The notes under the pieces were generated by a model. It ran no database searches and had not been told where the DNA came from. It worked only from the letters and a program-made list of their open reading frames with translations. Positions 45,537 through 55,531 of a stretch of DNA of 64,000 nucleotides are shown here, piece by piece. The stretch lies in sequence record NC_055780.1; one strand, given 5' to 3'. Every line of letters starts with the position of its first letter. Within the stretch, counting starts at the first letter, position 1. This DNA is from Escherichia phage MLF4. The position numbers and the translations under genes were made by a program.

Positions 45537-45768
45537 AGACCAGTTTTATCTGCTTCAAGATAAAGTAAGCGAAATTTATGAAATAGCTTATAGTAAAAAT
45601 CGCAAAAACGTGAAAATTGAATCAGGCAAGTTAATGCTTCAATTGGAAGAAATTGAACGAGATTTAATTGCGTTAGAATTCTTTTGCGGCGAAGTGAAAA
45701 CTGTCACAATCAATGATTACGTTTTAGGCGAAATTAGCTATCTTTATGAGGCGATTATTAATGATTGA
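45523..45768 (+). CDS. hypothetical protein, tandem paralog 2 of 3
   Basis: Start placed at GTG after SD GAGGAAG (track start 45508 is TTG); similar size and motifs to neighbours. Confidence 0.35.
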   Translation: MEITKDQFYLLQDKVSEIYEIAYSKNRKNVKIESGKLMLQLEEIERDLIALEFFCGEVKTVTINDYVLGEISYLYEAIIND

Positions 45769-46003
45769 ATTAAGTTGGTACCAGTTTAAATCTCTTATGA
45801 CAAATGTTAAAGCTGTCATTGAAGAAAATCCAGGTCCTGAAAATATTACTATTCGCGAAAAAGCTTCAAAGATAGTATACAGTCTTAAAGAGATACAAAA
45901 AGATATTGAATCTATGGCAAAATTTATTGATGAGCCTATTAATAAAGTTTATATTCAAGACTATACTGTAGGCCAAATTCGTGACTTAGCGAGGAAAATT
46001 TAA
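45761..46003 (+). CDS. hypothetical protein, tandem paralog 3 of 3
   Basis: Start at ATG after SD GAGG (track start 45746); motif Y.QDYTVGQI parallels TINDYVLGEI in paralog 2. Confidence 0.35.
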   Translation: MIELSWYQFKSLMTNVKAVIEENPGPENITIREKASKIVYSLKEIQKDIESMAKFIDEPINKVYIQDYTVGQIRDLARKI

Positions 46004-46686
46004 TGTTTGATTTTATTATAGATTTTGAAACAATGGGAAGCGGTGAAAAAGCAGCTGTTATTGATTTGGCTGTAATTGCTTTTGACCCTAACCCAGAAGT
46101 AGTTGAATCATTCGATGAACTAGTTTCACGTGGCATTAAAATCAAATTTGATTTAAAAAGCCAAAAAGGACATCGTCTTTTTACTAAAAGCACTATCGAA
46201 TGGTGGAAAAATCAGTCTCCTGAAGCTCGAAAAAATATTGCACCATCCGATGAAGATGTAAGCACCATTGATGGTATTGCAAAATTCAACGATTACATCA
46301 ATGCACATAATATCGATCCTTGGAAATCTCAAGGCTGGTGCCGTGGAATGTCGTTTGATTTTCCAATTTTAGTCGATCTCATTCGCGATATTCAACGTCT
46401 TAATGGCGTTTCCGAGAATGAGCTTGATACATTTAAGTTAGAACCATGTAAATTCTGGAATCAGCGTGATATTCGTACCAGAATTGAAGCACTTCTGCTT
46501 GTTCGTGATATGACCACGTGTCCTCTTCCAAAGGGAACTTTAGATGGATTCGTTGCACATGATTCTATTCATGACTGTGCGAAAGACATCCTGATGATGA
46601 AGTATGCTTTGCGATACGCTATGGGTCTTGAAGATGCTCCGTCAGAGGAAGATTGCGATCCTCTGTCTCTTCCAACAAAACGATAA
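46003..46686 (+). CDS. dexA: exonuclease A (DnaQ-like 3-prime-5-prime exonuclease)
   Basis: 227 aa with N-terminal DFET motif (FIIDFETMG); size and position match T4 DexA. Confidence 0.8.
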   Translation: MFDFIIDFETMGSGEKAAVIDLAVIAFDPNPEVVESFDELVSRGIKIKFDLKSQKGHRLFTKSTIEWWKNQSPEARKNIAPSDEDVSTIDGIAKFNDYINAHNIDPWKSQGWCRGMSFDFPILVDLIRDIQRLNGVSENELDTFKLEPCKFWNQRDIRTRIEALLLVRDMTTCPLPKGTLDGFVAHDSIHDCAKDILMMKYALRYAMGLEDAPSEEDCDPLSLPTKR

Positions 46687-46692
46687 AAAGTT

Positions 46693-46722
46693 GTTTACTT
46701 CCTCGGTTAGTTGTGGTATTAT
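46693..46722 (+). promoter_or_regulatory. T4-type early promoter
   Basis: GTTTAC + 18 bp + TGGTATTAT. Confidence 0.55.
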
Positions 46723-46749
46723 AACACCATAGCTACTGAGGATAATAAA

Positions 46750-47262
46750 ATGAAAATTTATCGTGTTGAATCATCGTTTAGCGCATTAAATGATGATAGT
46801 GGTATAGTCAAAATTAGGCAAGAGTTATGCGTTCAATCAACTCCTTATCGTGGATTTGATTCTATGAAAACTCGAACTTGGCTAAAATTTTGCGGTATTA
46901 ATTCATCGTCATTTCATCATCATAGCGATAATTATGAAAGCCATGAAAGTATTCCTATTCCACACGATGATAAGTTATTAGTTGAAAATGCTAATGATGC
47001 TATTAAAACTAAATGGAATAAAGATTATTCACAATTTGAAAATTATATTCCATTGTGGCTTATTGCATTATATCATTTTGCTTTCGCTAGTGAATATGAT
47101 ATGATGAGATGGTTCACCCGAGAAGAGCGTGAAGACTTAAAAGATCGTGGAATGTACATTGCGATTTATGAAGTTCCTGAAGATGAAGTTATCATTGGCG
47201 GGCACCAAGTAATGTTCCGTAAATCCCATGCTGAACTTGTAGATTTTATTGAAATGAGATAA
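46750..47262 (+). CDS. hypothetical protein (170 aa)
   Basis: Start at ATG after SD GAGGATAATAAAATG; track ORF 46711..47262 trimmed. Confidence 0.45.
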   Translation: MKIYRVESSFSALNDDSGIVKIRQELCVQSTPYRGFDSMKTRTWLKFCGINSSSFHHHSDNYESHESIPIPHDDKLLVENANDAIKTKWNKDYSQFENYIPLWLIALYHFAFASEYDMMRWFTREEREDLKDRGMYIAIYEVPEDEVIIGGHQVMFRKSHAELVDFIEMR

Positions 47263-47264
47263 TT

Positions 47265-47807
47265 ATGAAATTTAATTATAATCCTGAATACACACCGAAT
47301 CCTGTAGATAAACCGTTTGATATGGATATAGCAAGCATGTACGGCACCCTCGTTAAACCATTAGAAATTAAGGAAACATTTATGACTGCTCGGACCATCG
47401 AAATTGGCAAAATCTACAAACTAGTTGAAACTGAAATTAAAACTACTGAACTAAATTTGGGTTATAAAGCATTGACTAATGTTTTTGGTGAAGGCGAGTT
47501 TGTGGTTAAAAGCTTTTCAAAAAGTAACTGGTATGATAAGAATAAAGCTTACGTGATTCGAGTACAACGTTTAGATAATGATGAAGTAATTAAAACTATA
47601 GTTTTTGAAGCAGAGTTCATCCTCTTTCAAGAATGCGATCCTACTGACCTTTTAACTCGTGCGGTAGCTATCAAGACCCCATTTATTTCGGTTTGTGGTT
47701 GGGTAACAGACCAGTGGATTGAAGATGGTGTTGAACTTCTGAACGTTGTTCATGCAGGTGATTTTAGTGTAGTACCTCGTAGTGCGGTGGTAGCTATTTT
47801 AAATTAA
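47265..47807 (+). CDS. hypothetical protein (180 aa), paralog of next ORF
   Basis: C-terminal WVTDQWIEDGVEL matches YITDQWVEDGVKL in 47883..48380. Confidence 0.45.
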   Translation: MKFNYNPEYTPNPVDKPFDMDIASMYGTLVKPLEIKETFMTARTIEIGKIYKLVETEIKTTELNLGYKALTNVFGEGEFVVKSFSKSNWYDKNKAYVIRVQRLDNDEVIKTIVFEAEFILFQECDPTDLLTRAVAIKTPFISVCGWVTDQWIEDGVELLNVVHAGDFSVVPRSAVVAILN

Positions 47808-47809
47808 TA

Positions 47810-47837
47810 GTTTACAAACTCTTGGGATCATTATACT
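47810..47837 (+). promoter_or_regulatory. probable T4-type early promoter
   Basis: GTTTACA followed by TATACT-like -10 at non-ideal spacing. Confidence 0.4.
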
Positions 47838-47882
47838 CTGGTCCCGTGGAGTATAAAATCTTTTAACAAGTGAGAGATAACT

Positions 47883-48380
47883 ATGATTATTAATATTGGT
47901 GAAATTGCTCGTGTATCTGATAAATCCCGTTCTAAAGCAGCAGGAAAATTGGTTGAAATTGTAAGCATTCAGCTTAAACACGGTGTTAAAGATGAAGATT
48001 CTGAAGTAAAAGTGCGTATCATTCCTAAAGATGGAAAGTCTAAACCTCAGTTTGGCTATGTTCGTGCGAAATTTCTTGAATCTGCGTTTTTGAAAGCTGT
48101 TCCTGCTAAAGGAATTGAAACGATTGATACTTCGCATGTAGGCGTAGACTTTAAGTGGAAACTCGGTCAAGCTATTAAGTTCGTTGCTCCTTATGAATTC
48201 GAATTTACTGAAGATGAGGAAGGGGTTGTTCAAAAACACCGTACTCGTGCTATGTGCGCATACATTACCGATCAGTGGGTAGAAGACGGTGTTAAGCTGT
48301 ACAACGCGGTATTTTTAGGAACATACAAAGTCATTCCTGAAAGTTGGATTAAACACTATAGCAAAGCTCGCTATGCATAA
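47883..48380 (+). CDS. hypothetical protein (165 aa); possibly the MotB homolog
   Basis: SD GAGAGATAACTATG; position relative to dexA/cef consistent with T4 motB (tentative). Confidence 0.45.
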   Translation: MIINIGEIARVSDKSRSKAAGKLVEIVSIQLKHGVKDEDSEVKVRIIPKDGKSKPQFGYVRAKFLESAFLKAVPAKGIETIDTSHVGVDFKWKLGQAIKFVAPYEFEFTEDEEGVVQKHRTRAMCAYITDQWVEDGVKLYNAVFLGTYKVIPESWIKHYSKARYA

Positions 48381-48477
48381 AGTTTAAAATTTTTTCATAA
48401 AACTATATACATCAGTAGTTGATTATGGTACTATATCAATATCAACTACTGATACAGAAAATAACTTGGAGAATAAA

Positions 48478-48747
48478 ATGGAAAACTTAATTATCATCGA
48501 GCAATCTTTCAACGATTATGGTATGGCTTACGGTTATCGTGCGATAATGGAAGATTCTCGTGGATGTGTTATCGATATTGCTGAATGTAAAGATTTACTG
48601 CAGCTTTTGAAGATTGTTCGCAAAAATTGGGATTGTGAAAACATTAAAGCTCGTGTTGTAACGGAAGAAGAAACTGTTTTTCATGATGTAAAATTCGCTA
48701 AAGGTGCTGCTACTCTTCTGAAACGCATCGCTCCACTGTTCAATTAA
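48478..48747 (+). CDS. hypothetical protein (89 aa)
   Basis: Start at ATG after SD GGAGAATAAAATG. Confidence 0.4.
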   Translation: MENLIIIEQSFNDYGMAYGYRAIMEDSRGCVIDIAECKDLLQLLKIVRKNWDCENIKARVVTEEETVFHDVKFAKGAATLLKRIAPLFN

Positions 48748-48760
48748 TGAGGAAATTGTA

Positions 48761-48976
48761 ATGAAACGTAAAATTGTTCAGAATTGCACTAATGACGAAT
48801 TTGAAGATGTACTATTCGATCCAGATTTGGTAGTAGTTCAAAAAGAACATACCGTTAAGTTTACTCACTTGACTTCGGTTTATGTGTATGAAAAGGTTGG
48901 TGATAAACAACCAATTTACGGTGTATTTCGTGAAATTACTGAAGATGGCACAACTTACTGGAAGGAAACTTATTAA
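48761..48976 (+). CDS. hypothetical protein (71 aa); possibly Cef
   Basis: Size and position match T4 cef; sequence identity not verifiable from memory. Confidence 0.4.
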   Translation: MKRKIVQNCTNDEFEDVLFDPDLVVVQKEHTVKFTHLTSVYVYEKVGDKQPIYGVFREITEDGTTYWKETY

Positions 48977-49401
48977 TGGCTATTAAATTTGAAGTTAATA
49001 AATGGTATCAATTTAAAAATAAACAAGCTCAAGAAGATTTTATCAAGGACCATACTGAAAACGGAATTTATGCACGTCGTCTTGGTATGGAACCTTTTAG
49101 AGTTACAGATATTGACTATCTTGGTCGTCCTACTAAACTTGTGACATCTAGTGGAAAATTGGCGTTATCTTCTGGTAAAGATATTTTGGATGAAGATTTT
49201 ATCTGGCTTTCAACGAGCGAAGCTGTGTTCTTTGATGAAGTGGAAAATCCATATCAGGCAGTTGAAGAGCAAGAGCAGGAAGAGAAAGAGCAAGAACAAA
49301 TAGAAGATTTCACAGAATTCCCGGTCATGAAAGTTACTATTGAAAATAATGAACAGGCATGGTCTTTGTATCAGATGCTGAAAGCTCATTTTAAGGAATA
49401 A
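48976..49401 (+). CDS. hypothetical protein (141 aa); possibly GoF
   Basis: Size and position match T4 goF; acidic [11 protein letters not shown] stretch. Confidence 0.4.
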   Translation: MAIKFEVNKWYQFKNKQAQEDFIKDHTENGIYARRLGMEPFRVTDIDYLGRPTKLVTSSGKLALSSGKDILDEDFIWLSTSEAVFFDEVENPYQAVEEQEQEEKEQEQIEDFTEFPVMKVTIENNEQAWSLYQMLKAHFKE

Positions 49402-49403
49402 TT

Positions 49404-49580
49404 ATGCCAATGTATGATTATAAATGCCAATCTGAAGACTGCGGGCATGAATATGAAAAAATTAAAAAGATTTCTGAACGAGAAAATGATGTTTGCCCTA
49501 AATGTCATCGTTTGTCTACTCGTCGGCCTTCTGCTCCTAAGCATGTGAATGGCGGATTTTACGACTTACTTAAAGGATAA
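49404..49580 (+). CDS. putative zinc-ribbon protein (58 aa)
   Basis: MPMYDYKCQSEDCGH...CPKCH: CxxxxC...CxxC FmdB-like zinc ribbon; below track cut-off. Confidence 0.35.
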   Translation: MPMYDYKCQSEDCGHEYEKIKKISERENDVCPKCHRLSTRRPSAPKHVNGGFYDLLKG

Positions 49581-49582
49581 TT

Positions 49583-49954
49583 ATGTTTAAAATCGGTAAG
49601 AAGTATCGTATTCGCAAAGGCGAAGAAAAGAAATATCTAATGTCTGCTATTTATAGGAATGGTTCTATTAATGCTGTAATATCTACAAACGAATTTATCG
49701 TTGAAGATATGAAAGGTCATAATGTTACAATGATTAGTACAGCATCCGGAAATGATGGAAAAATTCTTCACAGTTTTCAGAGTAATGTTCTAATTTATGA
49801 TGAAGAATTTGACTTCTTCGAAGAAGTCACAGAAGATTTTGATTTTGAATGCACTATTACCATGAAATCTGGCGACCCTCTTTCTTTTACAGTTAAAGAT
49901 GAAAGAAGTCGCTTGAGAATTATTAGTCTTCTTCAAGCCATTAAATTTGAGTGA
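49583..49954 (+). CDS. hypothetical protein (123 aa)
   Basis: SD AAGGATAATTATG. Confidence 0.4.
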   Translation: MFKIGKKYRIRKGEEKKYLMSAIYRNGSINAVISTNEFIVEDMKGHNVTMISTASGNDGKILHSFQSNVLIYDEEFDFFEEVTEDFDFECTITMKSGDPLSFTVKDERSRLRIISLLQAIKFE

Positions 49955-50220
49955 AAATTATGAAATATATTAATCGTTCTATCGCGGCATTAGTATTAGC
50001 AGTGTCTTTAGCAGGATGTACTGATGCTGATAATGCAACCAAAGTTTTATCTTCAAGTGGTTTTACTAATATTGAAATCACTGGATATAATTGGTTTGGT
50101 TGTTCTGAAAATGATTTCCAACATACTGGATTTCGTGCTATTGGACCTACTGGGCAGAAAGTAGAAGGAACAGTATGTTCTGGGCTGTTCTTTAAGGATT
50201 CAACTATTCGTTTTAAATAA
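49951..50220 (+). CDS. putative lipoprotein (89 aa)
   Basis: Signal peptide with lipobox LAGC (MKYINRSIAALVLAVSLAGCTD). Confidence 0.45.
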   Translation: MKIMKYINRSIAALVLAVSLAGCTDADNATKVLSSSGFTNIEITGYNWFGCSENDFQHTGFRAIGPTGQKVEGTVCSGLFFKDSTIRFK

Positions 50221-50221
50221 A

Positions 50222-50238
50222 AGGCCTTCGGGCCTTTA
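50222..50238 (+). terminator. intrinsic terminator (AGGCCTTCGGGCCT + TTT)
   Basis: UUCG hairpin right after stop. Confidence 0.6.
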
Positions 50239-50262
50239 GCTTTATGATTGCCGGAGTATAAT
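50236..50262 (+). promoter_or_regulatory. T4-type middle promoter for gene 39 (MotA box TAGCTTTA + TATAAT)
   Basis: AGCTTTA, 12 bp, TATAAT. Confidence 0.5.
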
Positions 50263-50289
50263 ATTCCCGAAACCAAACGAGGATAAGTG

Positions 50290-52107
50290 ATGATTAAGAA
50301 TGAAATTAAAATTCTGAGCGATATTGAACATATCAAAAAGCGTAGTGGCATGTACATTGGCTCTTCTGCTAATGAAATGCATGAGCGCTTTCTGTTTGGT
50401 AAATGGGAAAGTGTTCAGTATGTACCTGGTCTTGTTAAGCTTATTGATGAAATTATCGATAACTCAGTCGATGAAGGTATTCGTACTAAGTTTAAATTCG
50501 CAAATAAAATTAATGTTACTATTAAAAACAATCAAGTAACAGTTGAAGATAACGGTCGTGGTATTCCACAAGCGATGGTTAAAACACCTACCGGTGAAGA
50601 AATTCCTGGTCCAGTTGCTGCTTGGACTATTCCAAAAGCGGGTGGTAACTTTGGTGATGATAAAGAACGTGTCACCGGTGGTATGAATGGTGTTGGTTCT
50701 AGTTTAACTAACATTTTTTCTGTGATGTTTGTCGGTGAAACTGGCGATGGTCAAAATAATATTGTAGTTCGTTGTTCAAATGGCATGGAAAATAAATCCT
50801 GGGAAACTATTCCTGGAAAATGGAAAGGAACTCGTGTTACTTTCATTCCAGATTTTATGTCATTTGAAACTAATGAGCTGTCCCAAGTTTATCTTGACAT
50901 TACACTAGATCGTCTCCAGACACTTGCTGTTGTTTATCCTGATATTCAATTTACCTTTAATGGTAAAAAGGTTCAGGGCAATTTTAAGAAATATGCACGA
51001 CAGTATGATGAACATGCTATCGTTCAAGAACAAGAAAATTGTTCTATTGCGGTTGGTCGTTCACCGGATGGATTTCGTCAATTAACTTACGTGAATAACA
51101 TTCACACTAAGAATGGTGGCCATCACATTGACTGTGTTATGGATGATATTTGTGAAGACCTTATTCCACAAATCAAACGTAAGTTCAAAATTGATGTAAC
51201 TAAAGCACGTGTCAAAGAATGTTTGACTATCGTTATGTTTGTCCGTGATATGAAAAACATGCGATTTGATTCTCAAACTAAAGAGCGTTTGACTTCTCCA
51301 TTTGGCGAAATTCGTAGTCATATTCAGCTTGATGCTAAAAAGATTTCACGCGCTATTCTAAATAATGAAGCAATTTTAATGCCGATTATTGAAGCTGCTT
51401 TGGCTCGTAAATTGGCGGCAGAAAAAGCAGCAGAAACTAAAGCAGCTAAAAAGGCTTCTAAAGCTAAGGTTCATAAACATATCAAAGCGAATCTTTGCGG
51501 TAAAGATGCTGACACTACTCTTTTCTTGACTGAGGGTGATTCTGCTATCGGATATCTTATTGATGTTCGTGATAAAGAACTTCATGGTGGTTATCCATTA
51601 CGTGGTAAAGTTCTCAACAGTTGGGGTATGTCTTATGCAGATATGCTTAAAAACAAAGAACTATTTGATATTTGCGCAATCACTGGATTAGTTCTCGGTG
51701 AAAAAGCTGAAAACTTGAATTATCATAATATTGCTATTATGACTGATGCTGACCATGATGGTCTAGGAAGCATTTATCCTTCTCTGCTCGGATTTTTTAG
51801 TAATTGGCCAGAATTGTTTGAGCAAGGACGAATTCGCTTTGTCAAAACTCCTGTAATCATCGCTCAGGTCGGTAAAAAACAAGAATGGTTTTATACAGTC
51901 GCTGAATATGAGAGTGCCAAAGATGCTCTACCTAAACATAGCATCCGTTATATTAAAGGACTTGGCTCTTTGGAAAAATCTGAATATCGTGAGATGATTC
52001 AAAATCCAGTATATGATGTTGTTAAACTTCCTGAGAACTGGAAAGAGCTTTTTGAAATGCTCATGGGAGATAATGCTGACCTTCGTAAAGAATGGATGAG
52101 CCAGTAG
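50290..52107 (+). CDS. 39: DNA topoisomerase II large subunit gp39, fused T2/T6 type (GyrB-like ATPase + Toprim)
   Basis: 605 aa from ATG (track starts at GTG 50287); MIKNEIKILSDIEHIKKRSGMYIGS...; one uninterrupted ORF covering what T4 splits into genes 39 and 60. Confidence 0.9.
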   Translation: MIKNEIKILSDIEHIKKRSGMYIGSSANEMHERFLFGKWESVQYVPGLVKLIDEIIDNSVDEGIRTKFKFANKINVTIKNNQVTVEDNGRGIPQAMVKTPTGEEIPGPVAAWTIPKAGGNFGDDKERVTGGMNGVGSSLTNIFSVMFVGETGDGQNNIVVRCSNGMENKSWETIPGKWKGTRVTFIPDFMSFETNELSQVYLDITLDRLQTLAVVYPDIQFTFNGKKVQGNFKKYARQYDEHAIVQEQENCSIAVGRSPDGFRQLTYVNNIHTKNGGHHIDCVMDDICEDLIPQIKRKFKIDVTKARVKECLTIVMFVRDMKNMRFDSQTKERLTSPFGEIRSHIQLDAKKISRAILNNEAILMPIIEAALARKLAAEKAAETKAAKKASKAKVHKHIKANLCGKDADTTLFLTEGDSAIGYLIDVRDKELHGGYPLRGKVLNSWGMSYADMLKNKELFDICAITGLVLGEKAENLNYHNIAIMTDADHDGLGSIYPSLLGFFSNWPELFEQGRIRFVKTPVIIAQVGKKQEWFYTVAEYESAKDALPKHSIRYIKGLGSLEKSEYREMIQNPVYDVVKLPENWKELFEMLMGDNADLRKEWMSQ

Positions 52108-52136
52108 TTTACTTTACCACAAGGATGTGGTATAAT
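52107..52136 (+). promoter_or_regulatory. T4-type early promoter
   Basis: GTTTACTTTACCACAAGGATGTGGTATAAT, near-identical to the element at 7091. Confidence 0.6.
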
Positions 52137-52161
52137 TAATTGGGCAAATGAGGATATTGAA

Positions 52162-52365
52162 ATGAAATCATATAAAGTAAATTTAGAACTTTTTGATAAA
52201 GCAGTTCATCGAGAATATAGAATCATTCAACGCTTTTTCGATATGGGAGAAGCCGAAGAATTTAAAAACCGCTTTAAAGATATTAGAGATAAAATTCAAT
52301 CCGACACTGCAACTAAAGATGAACTACTAGAAGTTGCTGAAGTTATTAAGCGTAATATGAATTAA
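52162..52365 (+). CDS. hypothetical protein (67 aa) upstream of rIIA
   Basis: SD GAGGATATTGAAATG; position corresponds to T4 rIIA.1. Confidence 0.45.
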   Translation: MKSYKVNLELFDKAVHREYRIIQRFFDMGEAEEFKNRFKDIRDKIQSDTATKDELLEVAEVIKRNMN

Positions 52366-52375
52366 TGAGGAAATT

Positions 52376-54553
52376 ATGATTATCACCACTGAAAAAGAAA
52401 CAATTCTTGGTAATGGTTCTAAATCAAAAGCATTTAGCATCGCAGCAAATCCTAAAGTATTTAAAATTCTGTCATCTGATTTGTATACAAACAAGATTCG
52501 CGCAGTAGTCCGTGAATTGATTACTAACATGATTGATGCTCATGCTCTCAATGGAAATCCTGAAAAATTTATCATTCAAGTTCCAGGACGATTAGATCCA
52601 CGATTTGTTTGTCGAGATTTTGGTCCGGGTATGAGTGATTTTGATATTCAGGGTGATGATAATTCTCCTGGGTTATATAATTCATACTTCAGTTCATCTA
52701 AGGCTGAATCTAACGATTTCATTGGCGGATTTGGTTTAGGTTCTAAATCTCCGTTTAGTTATACTGATACGTTTAGTATTACTTCGTATCATAAAGGTGA
52801 AATTCGTGGTTATGTAGCTTACATGGATGGTGATGGTCCACAAATTAAACCTACATTCGTGAAAGAAATGGGTCCAGATGATAAAACTGGTATTGAAATC
52901 GTAGTTCCAGTTGAAGAAAAAGACTTTAGAAACTTTGCTTATGAAGTTTCTTATATCATGCGACCGTTCAAAGATTTGGCTATTATTAATGGTCTTGACC
53001 GCGAAATTGATTATTTTCCGGATTTTGATGACTATTACGGTGTAAATCCAGAAAGATACTGGCCTGATCGTGGTGGATTATATGCTATCTATGGTGGTAT
53101 TGTTTATCCTATCGATGGTGTTATTAGAGACCGTAACTGGCTAAGCATTCGCAATGAAGTGAATTACATTAAATTTCCAATGGGTTCACTTGATATTGCT
53201 CCATCTCGCGAGGCTCTTTCACTGGATGATCGTACTCGTAAAAATATTATTGAACGAGTTAAAGAACTCAGTGAGAAAGCATTTAATGAAGATGTAAAAC
53301 GATTTAAAGAATCTACATCTCCTCGTCACACATATCGTGAATTGATGAAGATGGGGTATTCTGCTCGAGATTATATGATTAGTAATTCAGTCAAATTCAC
53401 GACTAAAAATCTGTCATATAAAAAGATGCAGAGCATGTTTGAACCTGACAGTAAGTTATGCAATGCAGGAGTTGTGTATGAAGTAAATCTTGACCCTCGA
53501 CTGAAGCGCATTAAGCAAAGTCATGAAACATCAGCCGTTGCGTCAAGTTATCGTCTGTTTGGTATTAATACAACAAAAATTAATATCGTTATTGATAATA
53601 TTAAAAATCGTGTTAATATTGTCCGTGGATTAGCACATGCGCTAGATGATAGTGAATTTAATAACACTTTAAATATTCATCACAATGAGCGTCTTCTGTT
53701 TATTAATCCGGAAGTAGAATCGCAGATTGATTTACTACCTGATATTATGGCAATGTTTGAAAGTGATGAAGTTAACATTCATTATTTGTCAGAAATTGAA
53801 GCTTTAGTTAAAAGCTATATTCCAAAGGTAGTTAAAAGTAAAGCTCCTCGTCCTAAAGCTGCTACAGCATTTAAGTTTGAAATTAAAGATGGGCGTTGGG
53901 AAAAAGAGGAATTATTTACACTTACGTCAGAAGCAGATGAAATTACTGGTTATGTAGCGTATATGCATCGTTCTGATATTTTCTCTATGGATGGTACTAC
54001 ATCACTTTGTCATCCATCTATGAATATTTTGATTCGTATGGCTAATCTTATTGGCATTAATGAATTTTATGTTATTCGTCCGCTTTTACAGAAAAAGGTA
54101 AAAGAACTCGGTCAGTGCCAATGTATTTTTGAAGCTTTGCGTGATTTATATGTAGATGCTTTTGATGATGTAGATTATGATAAGTATGTAGGTTATTCAA
54201 GTTCAGCTCAACGATATATTGATAAAATTATCAAGTATCCTGAACTAGATTTTATGATGAAGTACTTCAGTACAGATGAAGTTTCTGAAGAATATACACG
54301 ACTTGGTAATATGGTTAGTTCATTACGCGGTGTGTATTTCAATGGTGGAAAAGATACCATCGGTCATGATATCTGGACAGTAACTAATCTCTTTGATGAA
54401 TTATCACGTAATGCTTCAAAAAATAGTGATAAAATGGTTGCTGAGTTTACCAAGAAATTCCGTATTGTTTCCGACTTCATCGGTTATCGCAACTCTTTAA
54501 GTGATGATGAAGTTTCCCAAATCGCTAAAACTATGAAGGCCCTTGCGGCCTAA
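52376..54553 (+). CDS. rIIA: rIIA lysis-inhibition / exclusion protein (GHKL ATPase-like)
   Basis: 725-aa product [53 protein letters not shown] recognised as T4 rIIA. Confidence 0.92.
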   Translation: MIITTEKETILGNGSKSKAFSIAANPKVFKILSSDLYTNKIRAVVRELITNMIDAHALNGNPEKFIIQVPGRLDPRFVCRDFGPGMSDFDIQGDDNSPGLYNSYFSSSKAESNDFIGGFGLGSKSPFSYTDTFSITSYHKGEIRGYVAYMDGDGPQIKPTFVKEMGPDDKTGIEIVVPVEEKDFRNFAYEVSYIMRPFKDLAIINGLDREIDYFPDFDDYYGVNPERYWPDRGGLYAIYGGIVYPIDGVIRDRNWLSIRNEVNYIKFPMGSLDIAPSREALSLDDRTRKNIIERVKELSEKAFNEDVKRFKESTSPRHTYRELMKMGYSARDYMISNSVKFTTKNLSYKKMQSMFEPDSKLCNAGVVYEVNLDPRLKRIKQSHETSAVASSYRLFGINTTKINIVIDNIKNRVNIVRGLAHALDDSEFNNTLNIHHNERLLFINPEVESQIDLLPDIMAMFESDEVNIHYLSEIEALVKSYIPKVVKSKAPRPKAATAFKFEIKDGRWEKEELFTLTSEADEITGYVAYMHRSDIFSMDGTTSLCHPSMNILIRMANLIGINEFYVIRPLLQKKVKELGQCQCIFEALRDLYVDAFDDVDYDKYVGYSSSAQRYIDKIIKYPELDFMMKYFSTDEVSEEYTRLGNMVSSLRGVYFNGGKDTIGHDIWTVTNLFDELSRNASKNSDKMVAEFTKKFRIVSDFIGYRNSLSDDEVSQIAKTMKALAA

Positions 54554-54564
54554 TAAGGAAAATT

Positions 54565-55503
54565 ATGTACAATATTAAATGCCTGACCAAAAACGAACAA
54601 GCTGAAATTGTTAAGCTGTATTCAAGTGGTAATTACACCCAGCAGGAATTGGCTGATTGGCAAGGTGTATCGGTTGACACAATCCGTCGTGTTTTGAAAA
54701 ATGCTGAAGAAGCTAAACGTCCTAAAGTTACTATTAGCGGTGACATTACGGTTAAAGTTAATAGCGATGCAGTTATTGCTCCAGTTGCTAAATCTGACAT
54801 TATTTGGAATGCATCTAAAAAATTCATTTCAATTACTGTTGATGGTGTAACTTATAACGCAACTCCTAATACTCATTCAAACTTCCAGGAAATTCTTAAT
54901 CTGCTTGTTGCAGATAAATTGGAAGAAGCGGCACAAAAAATTAATGTTCGCCGCGCTGTTGAAAAATATATTTCTGGTGATGTTCGAATTGAAGGTGGAA
55001 GCTTGTTCTATCAAAATATTGAATTGCGGTCTGGTTTAGTTGATCGTATTCTCGATTCGATGGAAAAAGGCGAAAACTTTGAATTTTATTTTCCGTTCTT
55101 GGAAAATCTGTTAGAAAACCCGAGCCAAAAGGCGGTATCTCGACTCTTTGATTTCTTGGTAGCAAACGATATTGAAATTACAGAAGACGGTTACTTCTAT
55201 GCTTGGAAAGTAGTTCGCAGTAATTACTTTGACTGCCATTCAAATACTTTTGATAACAGTCCTGGTAAAGTAGTTAAAATGCCACGTACTCGTGTGAATG
55301 ACGATGATACACAAACTTGTTCTCGCGGTCTGCATGTATGTTCTAAATCTTATATTCGTCACTTTGGCAGTTCAACCAGCCGAGTTGTAAAAGTTAAAGT
55401 ACATCCTCGCGATGTAGTATCAATTCCGATTGATTACAACGATGCTAAAATGCGTACCTGCCAATACGAAGTAGTTGAAGACGTTACTGAACAATTCAAA
55501 TAA
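54565..55503 (+). CDS. rIIB: rIIB protein
   Basis: 312 codons immediately downstream of rIIA; SD AAGGAAAATTATG. Confidence 0.9.
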   Translation: MYNIKCLTKNEQAEIVKLYSSGNYTQQELADWQGVSVDTIRRVLKNAEEAKRPKVTISGDITVKVNSDAVIAPVAKSDIIWNASKKFISITVDGVTYNATPNTHSNFQEILNLLVADKLEEAAQKINVRRAVEKYISGDVRIEGGSLFYQNIELRSGLVDRILDSMEKGENFEFYFPFLENLLENPSQKAVSRLFDFLVANDIEITEDGYFYAWKVVRSNYFDCHSNTFDNSPGKVVKMPRTRVNDDDTQTCSRGLHVCSKSYIRHFGSSTSRVVKVKVHPRDVVSIPIDYNDAKMRTCQYEVVEDVTEQFK

Positions 55504-55518
55504 GGGCTTCAGCCCTTA
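55504..55518 (+). terminator. possible terminator/RNA hairpin (GGGCTTCAGCCC)
   Basis: GC hairpin but poor T-run. Confidence 0.35.
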
Positions 55519-55531
55519 ACTAAGGAAAATT

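Noticed and set aside
49941-50357. Minus-strand 138-codon ORF overlapping the lipoprotein gene and the start of gene 39
   Set aside because: Antisense to two well-supported + strand genes and spanning a terminator-promoter cassette; no SD; typical spurious antisense ORF in AT-rich DNA. The same reasoning applies to the other short minus-strand track ORFs inside recognised genes (for example 21599..21982, 27163..27446, 34764..35018, 47799..48239).
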